This document shows, in pieces, positions 23,752-24,000 of a stretch of 24,000 bases of DNA (position 1 is the first letter of the stretch; each line of letters begins with the position of its first letter). Below the pieces are notes generated by a model. That model made no database searches. It had not been told where the DNA came from and worked only from the letters and a program-made list of their open reading frames with translations. A program made the translations under genes and the position numbers. This DNA comes from an uncultured Nitrosopumilaceae archaeon. GTDB taxonomy: Archaea > Thermoproteota > Nitrososphaeria > Nitrososphaerales > Nitrosopumilaceae. Where the stretch lies: positions 6,698-30,697 of the forward strand of contig CAWTZF010000048.1 of NCBI GenBank assembly GCA_963920015.1. The letters are read 5' to 3'.

Positions 23752-23900
23752 TGGGGCCGACCGGAATTGAACCGGCGACCTACGGGTCACTACAGCTCCA
23801 AACTCACATCATCTTTTCATCAGTAGCTTAGTTTAACCTCTGGAGCCCTTAGCGGTGATCTTATAGATACTGTCGCCCTACCAGGCTAGGCTACGACCCC
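23752..23900 (-). tRNA. tRNA-Trp (anticodon CCA) with two introns
   Basis: The reverse complement reads GGGGTCG/TA/GCCT-AGCCTGGTA-GGGC/G/AC[23-nt intron]GGG-CTCCAG[52-nt intron]A-CCCGT/AGGTC/GCCGG-TTCAATT-CCGGT/CGGCCCC/A. Intron 1 is 23849-23871 (position 28/29) and intron 2 is 23788-23839 (position 37/38). The mature length is 74 nt. The anticodon loop CUCCAGA and A73 fit archaeal tRNA-Trp. Confidence 0.8.
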
Positions 23901-24000
23901 ACAAACTATGAGAAAAATTGGTCGAATTTTAAGTTATTTTTATCAAGGTTTATTGGTAATCAAACGAAATTGTCAATTAGCAGGATTAATCATGGTTAAA

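Noticed and set aside
23788-23839. A complete box C/D guide sRNA in the tRNA-Trp intron (as in euryarchaea)
   Set aside because: C-like and D-like elements exist but sit only 5-9 nt apart. No terminal C/D pair has 10-12-nt guides, and the N+5 rule does not place C34 or U39 correctly. It is kept only as a K-turn or minimal-motif hypothesis.
1-24000. CRISPR arrays, IS elements, transposases, integrases, prophage or defence islands
   Set aside because: I saw no regularly spaced direct repeats, no terminal inverted repeats and no recombinase-like ORFs. Gene content is dominated by conserved housekeeping and AMO genes.

Overview
AT-rich archaeal chromosome segment, with no BLAST or Rfam run: all family calls come from motifs read in the supplied translations and from remembered family patterns. 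I assign it to an ammonia-oxidising thaumarchaeon of the Nitrosopumilus type because it carries the archaeal ammonia monooxygenase locus. amoB lies on the minus strand, divergent from amoC-amoX-amoA on the plus strand. Around it are core housekeeping genes: rps3Ae, serS, a Pcc1-like gene, a RecJ/DHH nuclease, rps15, trpS, pheS, pheT, archaeal PPAT and aconitase. There are five tRNA genes, three with introns and two of those with two introns each. Several small or uncharacterised genes are also present. I see no CRISPR array, transposase, integrase, rRNA or recognisable defence island, so this looks like core genome rather than an accessory island. The items most worth a second look are: (1) three uncharacterised membrane-protein genes next to amoB, candidate extra AMO components; (2) a roughly 170-nt GC-rich structured RNA candidate between pheT and an EVE-domain gene, with two K-turn-like motifs and two ACA boxes, which looks like an H/ACA sRNA; (3) a tRNA-Trp gene with two BHB-bounded introns, the larger holding tandem UGAUGA-type motifs; (4) a wHTH protein with a cobalamin-binding-like C-terminal half; (5) an orphan Dam-type methyltransferase abutting a tRNA-Thr with an atypical T-loop; (6) a recurring TATA box centred about 27 nt upstream of start codons, implying leaderless mRNAs. 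That last pattern lets several ORF-track starts be corrected and includes three TTG starts.
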